Virus record (IMG/VR): IMGVR_UViG_3300028558_000016
Coordinates: 124,001 to 188,000 of that record
DNA length: 64,000 bases
Reading direction: 5' to 3' (one strand)
How positions within the stretch are numbered: the stretch's first letter is position 1; the number at the start of each line of letters is the position of its first letter. Both the position numbers and the translations under genes were made by a program. The notes under the pieces are model-generated. The model made no database searches, was not told the DNA's origin, and saw only the letters and a list, made by a program, of their open reading frames with translations. This document shows, piece after piece, positions 6,677 through 16,611 of the stretch.

Positions 6677-7153
6677 ATGAAAACAATCTACACGCTATTA
6701 ATAATGACGATCGGGCTGAGCACGGCAGCCTATGGACAGAAAAAAGCCGGGACAGCAATTCCATCTATGGGATCAGCATATTTAAAAAAGGAAAAGGATC
6801 AAAAAAGTGCAAGCATAGTTGCGGAAGCATTTAAAAAGAAAACTCCAGGAACATATTATGGTTCAACAAAAACAGCTACAGTTATAACTGATGCTGGAAA
6901 AACTTACACCATCGCACATAACACCGACGAAGAAAAAATGCTTGAAGATGGACATGTAGCTTATACAAATAATAGCAAAGACACATTATTTATTTTAAAT
7001 AGTCACCTTGGAAAAATGATAAAAGAAGTTTGGGACATTGATACAAAATTTGCTGGAAAAAAACCGGTTATATGTATGGTTCCAAGCATCACTGCTGTCA
7101 TTACAGCACGTAAGTCAAAATCAATTACCGACAAAAAATTATTAAAGAATTAA
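6677..7153 (+). CDS. Hypothetical exported protein
   Basis: Signal peptide ending AYG-Q. Confidence 0.6.
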   Translation: MKTIYTLLIMTIGLSTAAYGQKKAGTAIPSMGSAYLKKEKDQKSASIVAEAFKKKTPGTYYGSTKTATVITDAGKTYTIAHNTDEEKMLEDGHVAYTNNSKDTLFILNSHLGKMIKEVWDIDTKFAGKKPVICMVPSITAVITARKSKSITDKKLLKN

Positions 7154-7767
7154 TTACAAATGATGGTTCCACGCTGCGACGAGTATCTACGTTGCAGAGG
7201 AAGTTCAGGACATCACTGCTTAAGATAGGAGAATAAAAGGAATGCGTGCAGCGAACTAAAAATTAGTAGGGGTCAAACCCTTCTTTACAATGGTAGAGAG
7301 TACAAATCTCGAGTAGGCAACCAAAGAGCAAATGTATTCGTACTATAGTGCCGGTTTTACGTTTAGATTGTATTAACGTTACCAGTTTTCACGGCACACA
7401 GATTCCATCGGCAGGTGGAAAATGTATCAAACTGATGAACTATGGACATGCGCGTAGAAGAGGATTGGCCTAACCATAAGAGAAAACTTTGGGACAGGAA
7501 TACAAATGCATGGCTCTAATATGGTCTCGGCCGGAATTGAGCAAAGAGGAAGATAGAACAACCTTTAACATGTGTTTGCTTGGCCATTATAATCCAGAAC
7601 AGTTGGCATACCAACTAATCAGCATTCTGAAATTCGCCTTGACTATCGAGGATGCAACACAAACAGTCTGAGTCGGTGAGCAGGGTTTTGAGGACGGGTT
7701 GTGGCATAGATAAATGTGGAACACGTGGAAACACGCACAGAATCCTGGCTATAGTCAAATGTAATTA
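7151..7767 (+). ncRNA. rnpB: RNase P RNA, type A-like, about 617 nt, expanded S-domain, no P18
   Basis: GAGGAAGTTCAGGA (7197-7210) pairs with ACAGAATCCTGGCTAT (7737-7752; P4); P1, P2 TTCCAC/GTGGAA, P3, P5 CATC/GATG(CAA), P6 CTGCT/AGCAG; TAGATAAATG at 7707. Confidence 0.88.
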
Positions 7768-7801
7768 TGGGCTCATCCTTCCAATAGGAGGACAGAGGTT
7801 G

Positions 7802-7834
7802 AAAAACGCCAGCTTGAAAAGGTTGGCGTTTTTT
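7802..7834 (+). terminator. Intrinsic terminator after rnpB
   Basis: AAAAACGCCAGCTT-GAAA-AGGTTGGCGTTTTT. Confidence 0.9.
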
Positions 7835-7850
7835 GGTTTAATACTTTCGC

Positions 7851-7858
7851 GATATATA
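7851..7858 (+). promoter_or_regulatory. Putative phage late promoter RATATATA (first of 11 copies)
   Basis: Same motif before starts at 13108, 21625, 23403, 31266, 32066, 36463, 40683, 43966, 50610, 55241. Confidence 0.6.
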
Positions 7859-7863
7859 AATCA

Positions 7864-10800
7864 ATGAAGCAGAATGTAGCATTTAATTCCTTGACGGACA
7901 TCACTTTAAAGGAAGCTCTCGCTGTTGCAGTAGAATCTTTTCCAACTGAAGATTTTTCAGGAATACACACCGCAATAGAGCTTGAGGATAAGATAAACAA
8001 GATGGATCAAACCTTGTACGTGGAAATAGACACGGACGGTCCTGTCATTGCAGCACTTCAAGCTGAAGCAGAATTAAAGGCTCAGGTTGATGCTGACGTT
8101 GATTCTTTGAATTGCGATATTCCACCTACCACAGACATAACTGCCGACGATATAGAAAACACAGACTTATGCGAGGAACCTGCTGAATTTCCAGATCCAA
8201 TAGTTGTTCCTGATTCTGAATTGACAGACCTTCTAAAAACTCTTGCAGAAGAACAAAGAAAGAAATTTGGTGTATTGGAAGATCCAAATTCTCCAGGACC
8301 AGATGAAACCAAAGATCTTTTAAGCTGTGTGTCAAGCATGACTGACATCACAAATGCTCTTGTTGTATTAAACAACAAAGAAAGAAACATCAATAACACG
8401 TTAATAAATCTTGAAGAGTTCCTGTATAACTACAGAATAATGGAAGCTTATTTCAAGAAGAGAGTGCAAACCGTCGATCAGCTTCTTGGTTTATTCGATC
8501 CTTTGATAACTCAAGAAAGAGATTACCAAGCGCAAATAGACATAGTGACTCCTCAGGAAGCACAAGCAAAAAAAGATTATGACGATGCTAAAGCAAGATT
8601 ACAATCTCAAACAGGAAGCGCCGGAGGAAGTTCATCATCTGGAACTACATCAGGAAGTTCAGGTGGAACTACATCCAACACAAACACCACAACAAGCAAC
8701 GCAACGTCAGAAACGACAACGTCTAATACAACAAATTCTACTTCATCAACATCGACGAGCAACACATCCACAGGTTCAACTCCTGTTGAAACTCAACAAC
8801 ATGTTGATCAATTAAAATCTGCGTTCGATACTTTACATGCACAGCTCGTAGATTTACAAAACAAATTACAAGCAGTCAAGGACGAAATATCCGCGGACGA
8901 AAATGCAATATCTCCTTTCTTAAAAGAAATAAATTTTGAGAAGACGCAAGCGTTCTTAGATAAGAATAATCAAGAGCAAGAGGAAGCAAGATTGCAATGG
9001 CTCCAAGAAAATCTTAGCAATTTATTCAATGGAGGTTCCACTGCATTTTCGAGAGTTGCAACATTTAGTTCAAGAACAACTCCTAAAGAAAATCCTGGAA
9101 GCAATGCTCCAAACCAATCATTCTTGCTTAACATACAATTTGAATTAAAGGATCCTGAAAACGTATTGGCAGGAAGACCAAAGACCTATGCTCAAACAAG
9201 CCAAAACACAACGATAGATCCATTTGATGGAAATACACCACACGGTATTTTGTATGACCAATTTTATAATATATGGGGAGACGTTGAATTATATTTCACG
9301 AGAGAAGAAAGAGGATTAACTGCCAACAGCAATCTTGCAGCTCCACAATTAAAGGGAACAGGTGCTGAAGCATTCAAATCAAACTTCATAGCTGACACCG
9401 GGAAGTTCAGAGACTTCTATGAAAACTTTGCAGCAAGACACAGAGACAAAACAACGCTTGTCAAAAACACAATAATTGAACCGGCCCTTTTAACTATAGT
9501 TTCCGACCTTGAAGAACTTGCAATAAAAGAAGTGCAATACTTATTTGCATTTGGTAAGGCATTTGAAAATCTTCCAGCTGAGTCGTCTAAATTGACTGAC
9601 ATAATAACTGCGATAAGAACATCATCGGAAATTTACATAGCAAGAATTCTTGAGCTTAGACAAGATTTAGGATTTGTTACTCAAGCCCATAAGGATGTTC
9701 TTGATGCAATAGAAAAGAAGAAGCAAGAATTTCTTCAAGTTCCTTGCGCAATGAATCTTCCTAATCCACCAGAAAAAGAACCAGCGACTCCTGGCGCTGA
9801 TCCTCTTGGTGCTGACACAATGCAAAACATTTATCCAGACGATCCTGATCCAACCAAGTTTTGCTATTGGGTGAAGTTTGCTGCATTTGCGACTGCAGTA
9901 AACATTCTGCCTCTTCCAGGAAATGGTGGCTTCAAATATTGGCCGATTGGATTACAGATTCCAAACCCATCAGGAATAACAAACATTCCTCTTCCTATAA
10001 TATGGATTCCAATTGCAGTGATAGTTCTCACTGCTGGAATCTTTGTCATTTTCATTGGACAATGTGGAATATGTCCTTCTCCTTTCGTGTTCTATGTTGG
10101 TCCCAACGGAGAAAAGAAATTCATCATCTCATTAAGACCAACCGATGATTTCGGTGCGAATGCAAGCGAAGCCATTATAAAAACTTTGGACAAAGGCGGA
10201 ATTGCAATCAAGACGACGATGAATGCAATGCTCAACAAGATAAACATTCCTGGATTTAAACCAATAGGAGATCCTGATGGAGCTTCAACAATTCTCGATG
10301 ACACGAAAGACAAGATAATAAAGAAAATAAATAAAATCGGACTTCCTGATGTAACTCCATTGACGAGCAAACTAACCACGCATTCTACCATCGCAGACAA
10401 GAGAGCTGCATTAAAAGAAGTGGTGAACAAACATCTTGACAAGTTATCTCTTCCAACAATTAAGATTCCAAAGAATGCAGCAAATGTTAATCCAAAACCT
10501 TTGCCAATGTTGGAAGTCGTAAATCAATTGGTTAAATTGTTTAAGATGGATCTTCCTCAAATAGCAATACCTGCTGCCGATAAAATAAATTTGAAGACTA
10601 AGTTAATATCAAAAGTCGGTGAGATAAAAATCTCTGACCTTCCTGAGATAAATGTTCCTCCTATAGATTTCAATACGGCAACGCCTGACGACCAAAACAA
10701 ATGGGCCAAGAAAATAAAGGACGCATTGAAGAAGGGAGTGTCAGTAGGACATTTAAAAATAACTCCGAAAGAACTTGGTTTAACTACTTCAGTTCTTGGA

Positions 10801-11670
10801 AGCGGAATCGTATTCATCAATCCTTACAAATGTAAACCAGGAGCGAAAGGTCTTGCAATTCCTCCATTGTCACCAGCAGCGATTGTTGGTCTTGGTGCAA
10901 TTAAAATTGCGGCAGATACAGTTGTGGATGGATTAACCATTTCTCAATTGAAGGTGTTATTGAAAAGCACTGGAGGCGCATTGACAACTGGATTACTAAC
11001 GAAAACATTAACTGGAACTTTGGCAGCATTGCCAGATGTTGAAATACCAAATCCATCTAAAGTGAGCATCAAGGACATGATGAAGGATTCTTCTTTGAAG
11101 ATCGTTAAGATGCAACTTCCTTCTTTGCCTGATCCGACAAAGCCACCTCAAATACAAATACCAATTCCAGGAGAAGCATTAAAAGGAATCGTAAAGACTG
11201 CTGTCATATCAACGATCGATGTATTTCCTTTGAATGACATCGATTTGTCAAAGATGAGTGGAATTGATGTTAAGCAATTGGTGATAACAATGATGGAAAC
11301 ATCGTTCAAGCCAGTTGAAGACTTCTTAAATCCTATTTTGAAAGTAATATCAGTTTATAAATCATCTAAAGATAAAACGTTTGCAGAACTTTTAGGATTA
11401 AAGAAAGTAAGCAAAGATGATAATCTTGTAACCACCGTAACGAAAGAAGCCATGGATGGGGCAATCATTGCTCTTAAAGCTTTGGCACTTGTACCTTATC
11501 CTGCAGTTGCCTTCTTGCCTGAACCATTTAAGAAGCTTCACCCTATACTATCCTCTGATGACTTGCCACCTTGGAAGAGGTTCACATTAGATAATTTCTT
11601 ATTCGTAACATTCTTAGACCAATTCTGCTCACAAGGCAAGAAGGGCGGAGGTTTCTTAGAGAACCCATAA
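7864..11670 (+). CDS. Large hypothetical (probable virion) protein with coiled coils, Ser/Thr linker, Pro-rich C-terminus
   Basis: 1268 aa ORF after RATATATA; S/T-rich tract about 8610-8790; hydrophobic Pro-rich segment. Confidence 0.6.
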   Translation: MKQNVAFNSLTDITLKEALAVAVESFPTEDFSGIHTAIELEDKINKMDQTLYVEIDTDGPVIAALQAEAELKAQVDADVDSLNCDIPPTTDITADDIENTDLCEEPAEFPDPIVVPDSELTDLLKTLAEEQRKKFGVLEDPNSPGPDETKDLLSCVSSMTDITNALVVLNNKERNINNTLINLEEFLYNYRIMEAYFKKRVQTVDQLLGLFDPLITQERDYQAQIDIVTPQEAQAKKDYDDAKARLQSQTGSAGGSSSSGTTSGSSGGTTSNTNTTTSNATSETTTSNTTNSTSSTSTSNTSTGSTPVETQQHVDQLKSAFDTLHAQLVDLQNKLQAVKDEISADENAISPFLKEINFEKTQAFLDKNNQEQEEARLQWLQENLSNLFNGGSTAFSRVATFSSRTTPKENPGSNAPNQSFLLNIQFELKDPENVLAGRPKTYAQTSQNTTIDPFDGNTPHGILYDQFYNIWGDVELYFTREERGLTANSNLAAPQLKGTGAEAFKSNFIADTGKFRDFYENFAARHRDKTTLVKNTIIEPALLTIVSDLEELAIKEVQYLFAFGKAFENLPAESSKLTDIITAIRTSSEIYIARILELRQDLGFVTQAHKDVLDAIEKKKQEFLQVPCAMNLPNPPEKEPATPGADPLGADTMQNIYPDDPDPTKFCYWVKFAAFATAVNILPLPGNGGFKYWPIGLQIPNPSGITNIPLPIIWIPIAVIVLTAGIFVIFIGQCGICPSPFVFYVGPNGEKKFIISLRPTDDFGANASEAIIKTLDKGGIAIKTTMNAMLNKINIPGFKPIGDPDGASTILDDTKDKIIKKINKIGLPDVTPLTSKLTTHSTIADKRAALKEVVNKHLDKLSLPTIKIPKNAANVNPKPLPMLEVVNQLVKLFKMDLPQIAIPAADKINLKTKLISKVGEIKISDLPEINVPPIDFNTATPDDQNKWAKKIKDALKKGVSVGHLKITPKELGLTTSVLGSGIVFINPYKCKPGAKGLAIPPLSPAAIVGLGAIKIAADTVVDGLTISQLKVLLKSTGGALTTGLLTKTLTGTLAALPDVEIPNPSKVSIKDMMKDSSLKIVKMQLPSLPDPTKPPQIQIPIPGEALKGIVKTAVISTIDVFPLNDIDLSKMSGIDVKQLVITMMETSFKPVEDFLNPILKVISVYKSSKDKTFAELLGLKKVSKDDNLVTTVTKEAMDGAIIALKALALVPYPAVAFLPEPFKKLHPILSSDDLPPWKRFTLDNFLFVTFLDQFCSQGKKGGGFLENP

Positions 11671-11724
11671 AATGTTTATATTTACTGATGAGAACCTTTA
11701 AGAAAGAATCTCGTAAAAGTAAAG

Positions 11725-13107
11725 ATGCAACAACTATTCGATATAACAGATTTAAACACGGGGCAGAAAGAAGCCTTCGAGCTATTCAAGGATTTTCTTT
11801 CAACCCGTGATGGGTCAATGTTCATATTGAGAGGATATGCTGGAACTGGTAAAACCTATCTCGTAAAGAGATTGATCAAATACATTCACACTAAATATCC
11901 AGGATTCAAAGTGGCTGTGACTGCTCCAACAAACAAGGCCGTTAAGGTTCTCGCTAAAACGAGCAGCATCAAAGATCTCCGTGTCACATATCAAACAGTT
12001 CACAAGCTGCTTGGATTAAAAGAAGAAATTCAGCTTGATGGAAAAATAAAATTCGTCAAGAATACTTTTGACACCAACGAGATAGAGAGATTTAAAATTC
12101 TCATCGTTGATGAAGTGTCAATGCTTGATGACGATCTTTTCACCGAGATACAAACATACAGCAAGAAGTTGAAAATAATATTCATGGGAGATCCAGCGCA
12201 AATTCCTCCTGTAAATAGACCTGACTGTATTCCTTTCAACGATGAGAAAAAAATATTCTTTGATTTCAAAGAGTTCACATTGAAAGAAATAATGAGACAA
12301 GGTCTCGACAATCCGATAATAGAATCTTCGTTCAGCATAAGAAACAATCTAACAAAGAGGTATCCAATTGATGACATTCAAACAAAGCTAAACAACGACA
12401 AAGGAGTTATAAGAATCGACGTCAACAACAAAGAAGAAAGAGAATCTGTTCCAAAACTGTTTGAGAAGTATTTCAAGTCAAAAGAGTTTTCTCTTGATCC
12501 TGACCATGCCAAAGTTATAGCATGGAGAAACGTCACCATAAACAAGACCAACAAAATAATAAGACAAATAATATACGGACCAAATCCTGGAAAGATAATG
12601 GTCGGCGAAAAGCTTGTGTGCAACAAGCCGATAATCGACGGTCCAAGCATAATCATATTTAACACCAATGACGAATTCTCTGTTGAGGAGTTTAACATTG
12701 CTTCTGACCTGTTCGAGTTTGGTAATGGAAAAACAAGATTAAACTATTACGATACTCAGGTTGTTGCAATGGATCTCGAGGGAAAGGAATTCAGGAGAAA
12801 CATTAAAATACTCCATGAGGAAAGTGCAAGAGATTTTGAGATAGTAGCTAACGGATTAAAAGAGAATGCCAAGCTATTGAAAGGAGCACATCGTTCATGG
12901 TTGAAGTATTATGAATTCCTAAGAGAGTTCGCAGACGTTGGCTATAATTATGCCATCACCGCTCATAAGGCTCAGGGTTCCACTTACAAGAACGTCTTCA
13001 TCATAGAGGATGACATTGACATGAATACCAATGTGTTTGAGAGAAACCGCATCAAATACACATCTTACAGCCGTCCAACGGACAAGCTTTTTATCCTCAA
13101 ACGATAA
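11725..13107 (+). CDS. dda: Dda-like SF1B DNA helicase
   Basis: GYAGTGKT, TAPTNKAV, IVDEVSM, MGDPAQIPPV, LKEIMRQ, YAITAHKAQGSTY. Confidence 0.88.
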   Translation: MQQLFDITDLNTGQKEAFELFKDFLSTRDGSMFILRGYAGTGKTYLVKRLIKYIHTKYPGFKVAVTAPTNKAVKVLAKTSSIKDLRVTYQTVHKLLGLKEEIQLDGKIKFVKNTFDTNEIERFKILIVDEVSMLDDDLFTEIQTYSKKLKIIFMGDPAQIPPVNRPDCIPFNDEKKIFFDFKEFTLKEIMRQGLDNPIIESSFSIRNNLTKRYPIDDIQTKLNNDKGVIRIDVNNKEERESVPKLFEKYFKSKEFSLDPDHAKVIAWRNVTINKTNKIIRQIIYGPNPGKIMVGEKLVCNKPIIDGPSIIIFNTNDEFSVEEFNIASDLFEFGNGKTRLNYYDTQVVAMDLEGKEFRRNIKILHEESARDFEIVANGLKENAKLLKGAHRSWLKYYEFLREFADVGYNYAITAHKAQGSTYKNVFIIEDDIDMNTNVFERNRIKYTSYSRPTDKLFILKR

Positions 13108-13136
13108 GATATATAGACTAAAATAACTTTAGTCAA

Positions 13137-13544
13137 ATGAGCAAGATCAAATTATACGAAGAATACTTCAACGAGAGCATCACAAAGTTTGATGATTTTG
13201 GAAAAGATAAAGACCCAAAAGAAGGTCACGAAGCTGAATTAGGCGTCGACAACGATAAGGATGAACTCGAGCCTGAAGAAGATGATGACGATGAGAATCA
13301 CCTTGAAGAAGGTGCTGATCCATTAGTCGTTACATCTAAGGACACGATGAGAATTCAAGACATTCAAAGAAAATCAAACGGCAACATGGACAAAGCTAAG
13401 AAATTAGCTCAGACTATGTGCAAGCTTATCACCGATAAGTGGAAAGCAATAAGAAGAGCAAGAGCAGCTGAAAGAGAAAATGAACATGATCTTGCAGACA
13501 TCTTCTTTAACAGAGCAAAAGAACTTGGAGCATTTAGCAGCTAA
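13137..13544 (+). CDS. Leader-tagged (CTS-like) hypothetical protein
   Basis: Begins MSKIKLYEEYFNES; acidic linker then helical domain. Confidence 0.7.
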   Translation: MSKIKLYEEYFNESITKFDDFGKDKDPKEGHEAELGVDNDKDELEPEEDDDDENHLEEGADPLVVTSKDTMRIQDIQRKSNGNMDKAKKLAQTMCKLITDKWKAIRRARAAERENEHDLADIFFNRAKELGAFSS

Positions 13545-13858
13545 TGGAACACCTAAACGAATTTTCAGAATTCAATGAAGAAAAGGATACCAGGTATAAA
13601 GATCAATATGGTTATCTTGAATTCAACAAGGAAGGAAATCTAAGAGGTTTTGCTTCCGGATTTAAACTTCCAGCTTTCAAGAAATTCATAAAAGAATTTT
13701 CAGAAGCTAATTTGACAACAGGGTCAATAATCATTCCTTTTCAAGGAGGATATTTACCTACTAATCTTCCGAGCAAATACATAGAATCATATTATTGGAA
13801 GATGTCAAAAGAAAATGATATTAAAGACATAATGGCTTTATTGCCATTCAAATTTTAA
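13544..13858 (+). CDS. Leader-tagged hypothetical protein
   Basis: Begins MEHLNEFSEFNEE; TAATG coupling. Confidence 0.6.
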   Translation: MEHLNEFSEFNEEKDTRYKDQYGYLEFNKEGNLRGFASGFKLPAFKKFIKEFSEANLTTGSIIIPFQGGYLPTNLPSKYIESYYWKMSKENDIKDIMALLPFKF

Positions 13859-14640
13859 TGAAAAGAATCCTATCGTTTAATAATTTTCTCCTTGAAAGCG
13901 AGAAAGCAGTTGAACCTTCTTCGGAAGGTTCTTCTCCTATTGTGATAGTTGCTCCACATGCTGTGGAAGCTGATGACAAGAACACAAAAGAGATTGCAGA
14001 GGAATTGGCAAAGAACCTAAATGCTTTTCTTCTTATAAACGATAACTTCCATAAGCCAACAGACCAGAAGGACGATTCAACTGAGGACTTTAACCATTTA
14101 CCACCATCCAAAGATGGAAAATATGCATGGGACAAGCGTGTTCCTGAGATGAAAGCATTTTACGATAAGCTTGAGTCATTGGCAAAGAAAGCTTCCTCAT
14201 TAAGCAAGGATAACAACAAGAGATGTCTCGTTCTTTTCATACATGGATTGAGCCATGATAAATATGATATTGACCTTGGGGCTGGAGCAAAGTCAGCTCC
14301 TAACATGGTTATCAATGCAGAACAACACGTTAAAGCTAAAGACAATTCAGGTTCAATCACAGCACCAATAAAGTTTGTAGAGAATTTCAAAGAGATCTTA
14401 AAGAAAGAAGGTTTGAAGGTAGGAACTGGAGATGTATTCTCTGCTTGGGATGAACAGAACGGAACACAGTATTTAAGAAACATAGGAATGGATTGCTATT
14501 CAATCCAGATTGAGATCAACACTAACCTTCGAGATGATCCAAAGAAAACGGCCGAGTTGTTAAGCTCAGCCGTTAAACAGTTAAAAGATTTTTCTGAATC
14601 TATTTTTTATCTTCCGCAGGAAATTACTGCTCAGTCATAA
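13858..14640 (+). CDS. Leader-tagged Zn-carboxypeptidase-fold hydrolase (poly-gamma-glutamate hydrolase / N-formylglutamate amidohydrolase-like)
   Basis: Leader MKRILSFNNFLLES; IVAPHA, LFIHG, DIDLG, SIQIEI motifs. Confidence 0.6.
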   Translation: MKRILSFNNFLLESEKAVEPSSEGSSPIVIVAPHAVEADDKNTKEIAEELAKNLNAFLLINDNFHKPTDQKDDSTEDFNHLPPSKDGKYAWDKRVPEMKAFYDKLESLAKKASSLSKDNNKRCLVLFIHGLSHDKYDIDLGAGAKSAPNMVINAEQHVKAKDNSGSITAPIKFVENFKEILKKEGLKVGTGDVFSAWDEQNGTQYLRNIGMDCYSIQIEINTNLRDDPKKTAELLSSAVKQLKDFSESIFYLPQEITAQS

Positions 14641-14980
14641 AGATCATGTGCATGTTGTCGCTTCCGTCAACAAATAATTCATGACAAATGATGTTTTCAA
14701 ATTTAGATGCAGCTTTTTCTGATTTAAGTTCAAGAACATTAGAACCTTCAGAAAGATTTCCAATTTGTTTTAATTTAAAGTCAATAGTTTTCTTGTTGCT
14801 TCTTTCAGCATAGCCAAGACTAACAATCACTTCCTTTTTCGATTCGAGATATTCAATCCCAATACTTTTAGGATCAACTTTTGGTTGAGCTGCAAATTTC
14901 TTCAGCTCTTTAGTTAAGCTTTTTGAAAGCTTTCCTTCTTCAAGTGTTCCTTGAAAGATTTTAAATTTACTGTGAGACAT
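14624..14980 (-). CDS. Hypothetical protein
   Basis: 118 aa ORF with upstream TATATTTA box at 15008-15015 (minus). Confidence 0.65.
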   Translation of the reverse strand: MSHSKFKIFQGTLEEGKLSKSLTKELKKFAAQPKVDPKSIGIEYLESKKEVIVSLGYAERSNKKTIDFKLKQIGNLSEGSNVLELKSEKAASKFENIICHELFVDGSDNMHMIFMTEQ

Positions 14981-15043
14981 GTTTTATATGGTTTTATAGA
15001 TTTAACGTAAATATACAAATTACTATTGATACTAAAAAATTTA

Positions 15044-15283
15044 TTATTTTAGTATACGAGTAACGACCTTTTTGGTAAATTTTATTCTGAATCTCACAAT
15101 TACGAAATATTTAAAATAAATAACCCATCTTACGGATTCTGGTGAAATTTCGTAATTACTCCACACGTGCCATTCTCCTTTTGAATGGCACATTTCATTA
15201 ACGAAAATGGTTTTACATTTTCCATTATATCCGGTTGGATTAGAACAACAATTGTAACGACATTTATTTCTTTTCACAATCAA
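15044..15283 (-). CDS. Hypothetical protein
   Basis: 79 aa ORF overlapping upstream stop by 4 nt. Confidence 0.45.
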   Translation of the reverse strand: MIVKRNKCRYNCCSNPTGYNGKCKTIFVNEMCHSKGEWHVWSNYEISPESVRWVIYFKYFVIVRFRIKFTKKVVTRILK

Positions 15284-15993
15284 TATTCTATTATGAATCC
15301 ATTATTAATCAACTGCTTTATTTTCTTGTCTTCCTCATCTCTTCCAAAATCACACACAGCAGCATTTATGAATGTTGTACTGCAGTTGTTTATCTTCAAT
15401 ATTCCAGAGTTAGGACAATTCTTTTCTGGATGTATGTGACCAAACACGTGATACTTAGGTTGAATTACTTTAACTCTCTCAAGCAATTCCTTGCAACCAC
15501 ATTGGAAATAAGAATTACCATCGGCACCAGACCTTGAATCATATTGAGTCAGATCCAAAATTCCTTTAGGCGGACCGTGAGTAACTAATATGTCTGTGTC
15601 TGTTGGAATATCCATCCAATAAGACTTGATCATATTTCTCGGAACGTTGTATGCCCAATCAGTTCCAAATTTAGGAGTGTATGGACTTCCAAATATTTTT
15701 ATTCCTTCGATCTCAATGGACTCATGTTCAAGATAAATTATTCCTTCTGGTATGTCTCCTCTTGTAACCAATCCATGTTCAATGGATGTGTCATGATTTC
15801 CAGCAATAAATATCTTGTACTTGTAATGAAGAGATTTAAACCAATCGAGAAAGTCTCTCATCTCATTGTTATTCATCTCATGGCTCTTCTGTATTGTCGC
15901 ATCACCAGCGAAAATAACCATGTCAACACCTTCTAATGGGATGTCAAGAAACCCATGCTTGTTGTGGGTGTCGCTTATAAACCAAATTCTCAT
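15280..15993 (-). CDS. Calcineurin-like metallophosphoesterase
   Basis: ISDTH, FAGD, IAGNHD, LVTHGPP, HVFGHIH. Confidence 0.92.
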   Translation of the reverse strand: MRIWFISDTHNKHGFLDIPLEGVDMVIFAGDATIQKSHEMNNNEMRDFLDWFKSLHYKYKIFIAGNHDTSIEHGLVTRGDIPEGIIYLEHESIEIEGIKIFGSPYTPKFGTDWAYNVPRNMIKSYWMDIPTDTDILVTHGPPKGILDLTQYDSRSGADGNSYFQCGCKELLERVKVIQPKYHVFGHIHPEKNCPNSGILKINNCSTTFINAAVCDFGRDEEDKKIKQLINNGFIIEY

Positions 15994-15994
15994 C

Positions 15995-16300
15995 TTAATT
16001 CTTAAATATTTTTTCCATGAATGGCATTTCTTGGATCATCTTCTTTTTGTCATCCTCATCCGGACTCTCATCATAATCTCCATTCACAACTCCTTTGCGA
16101 ACGTCTTCTAATTCAGGGAATGCCGAAAGGTCATTTACCAAATCGATCTTTGGACAAATACAATCCTCATATTTGTCCTCGTCAAATTTAAAATCGTGGT
16201 AGCCATTACCCTTAGCTCTTTCTATGATCTTGTCATATTTTCCTTCGGTGTTTCTCTCTGTGAGTTCTTGCACCAATTCTACGTTAGTTGTTTTTCCCAT
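15995..16300 (-). CDS. Hypothetical protein
   Basis: 101 aa ORF in packed operon. Confidence 0.65.
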   Translation of the reverse strand: MGKTTNVELVQELTERNTEGKYDKIIERAKGNGYHDFKFDEDKYEDCICPKIDLVNDLSAFPELEDVRKGVVNGDYDESPDEDDKKKMIQEMPFMEKIFKN

Positions 16301-16610
16301 CTTCTTTGGTTTCTGGTTTGTTAATACTTTTTGCAGGTGGTCTTACTATCAATGTTTGTCCATTCCAATCCCATGACTTCAATAGTGCAAGATCCATGTT
16401 ATCCTTATATTCAACGCATAAGGCAACATCTTGTCCTTTTGGAGTTGATGCTGTGTTGCATACAAATTCGATGGATTTAATGACATGAGTAAATCCTTCA
16501 AACGGAAAATTATCTCCGTTGTTCAATGTGCCTTCTTCAATATCGCCAACAATGACGAATAATTTTCTTGAAGCTAAAGCAAATGTGTCATATACTTTAA
16601 ATGAGCTCAT
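16284..16610 (-). CDS. Stand-alone EF-Tu domain II-like beta-barrel protein
   Basis: FKVYDTFALASR..VIVGDIEEGTLNNGD...IKSIE...KGQDVALCV resembles EF-Tu/SelB domain II. Confidence 0.5.
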   Translation of the reverse strand: MSSFKVYDTFALASRKLFVIVGDIEEGTLNNGDNFPFEGFTHVIKSIEFVCNTASTPKGQDVALCVEYKDNMDLALLKSWDWNGQTLIVRPPAKSINKPETKEDGKNN

Positions 16611-16611
16611 T

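Noticed and set aside
7617-7756. Group I intron core (GACTAT/ATAGTC P7-like pairing, AATCAGCA)
   Set aside because: RNase P signatures and pairings explain the same nucleotides better; no flanking exons identified
7489-7867. Short ORFs 7489-7671 and 7652-7867
   Set aside because: They lie within the RNase P RNA and terminator
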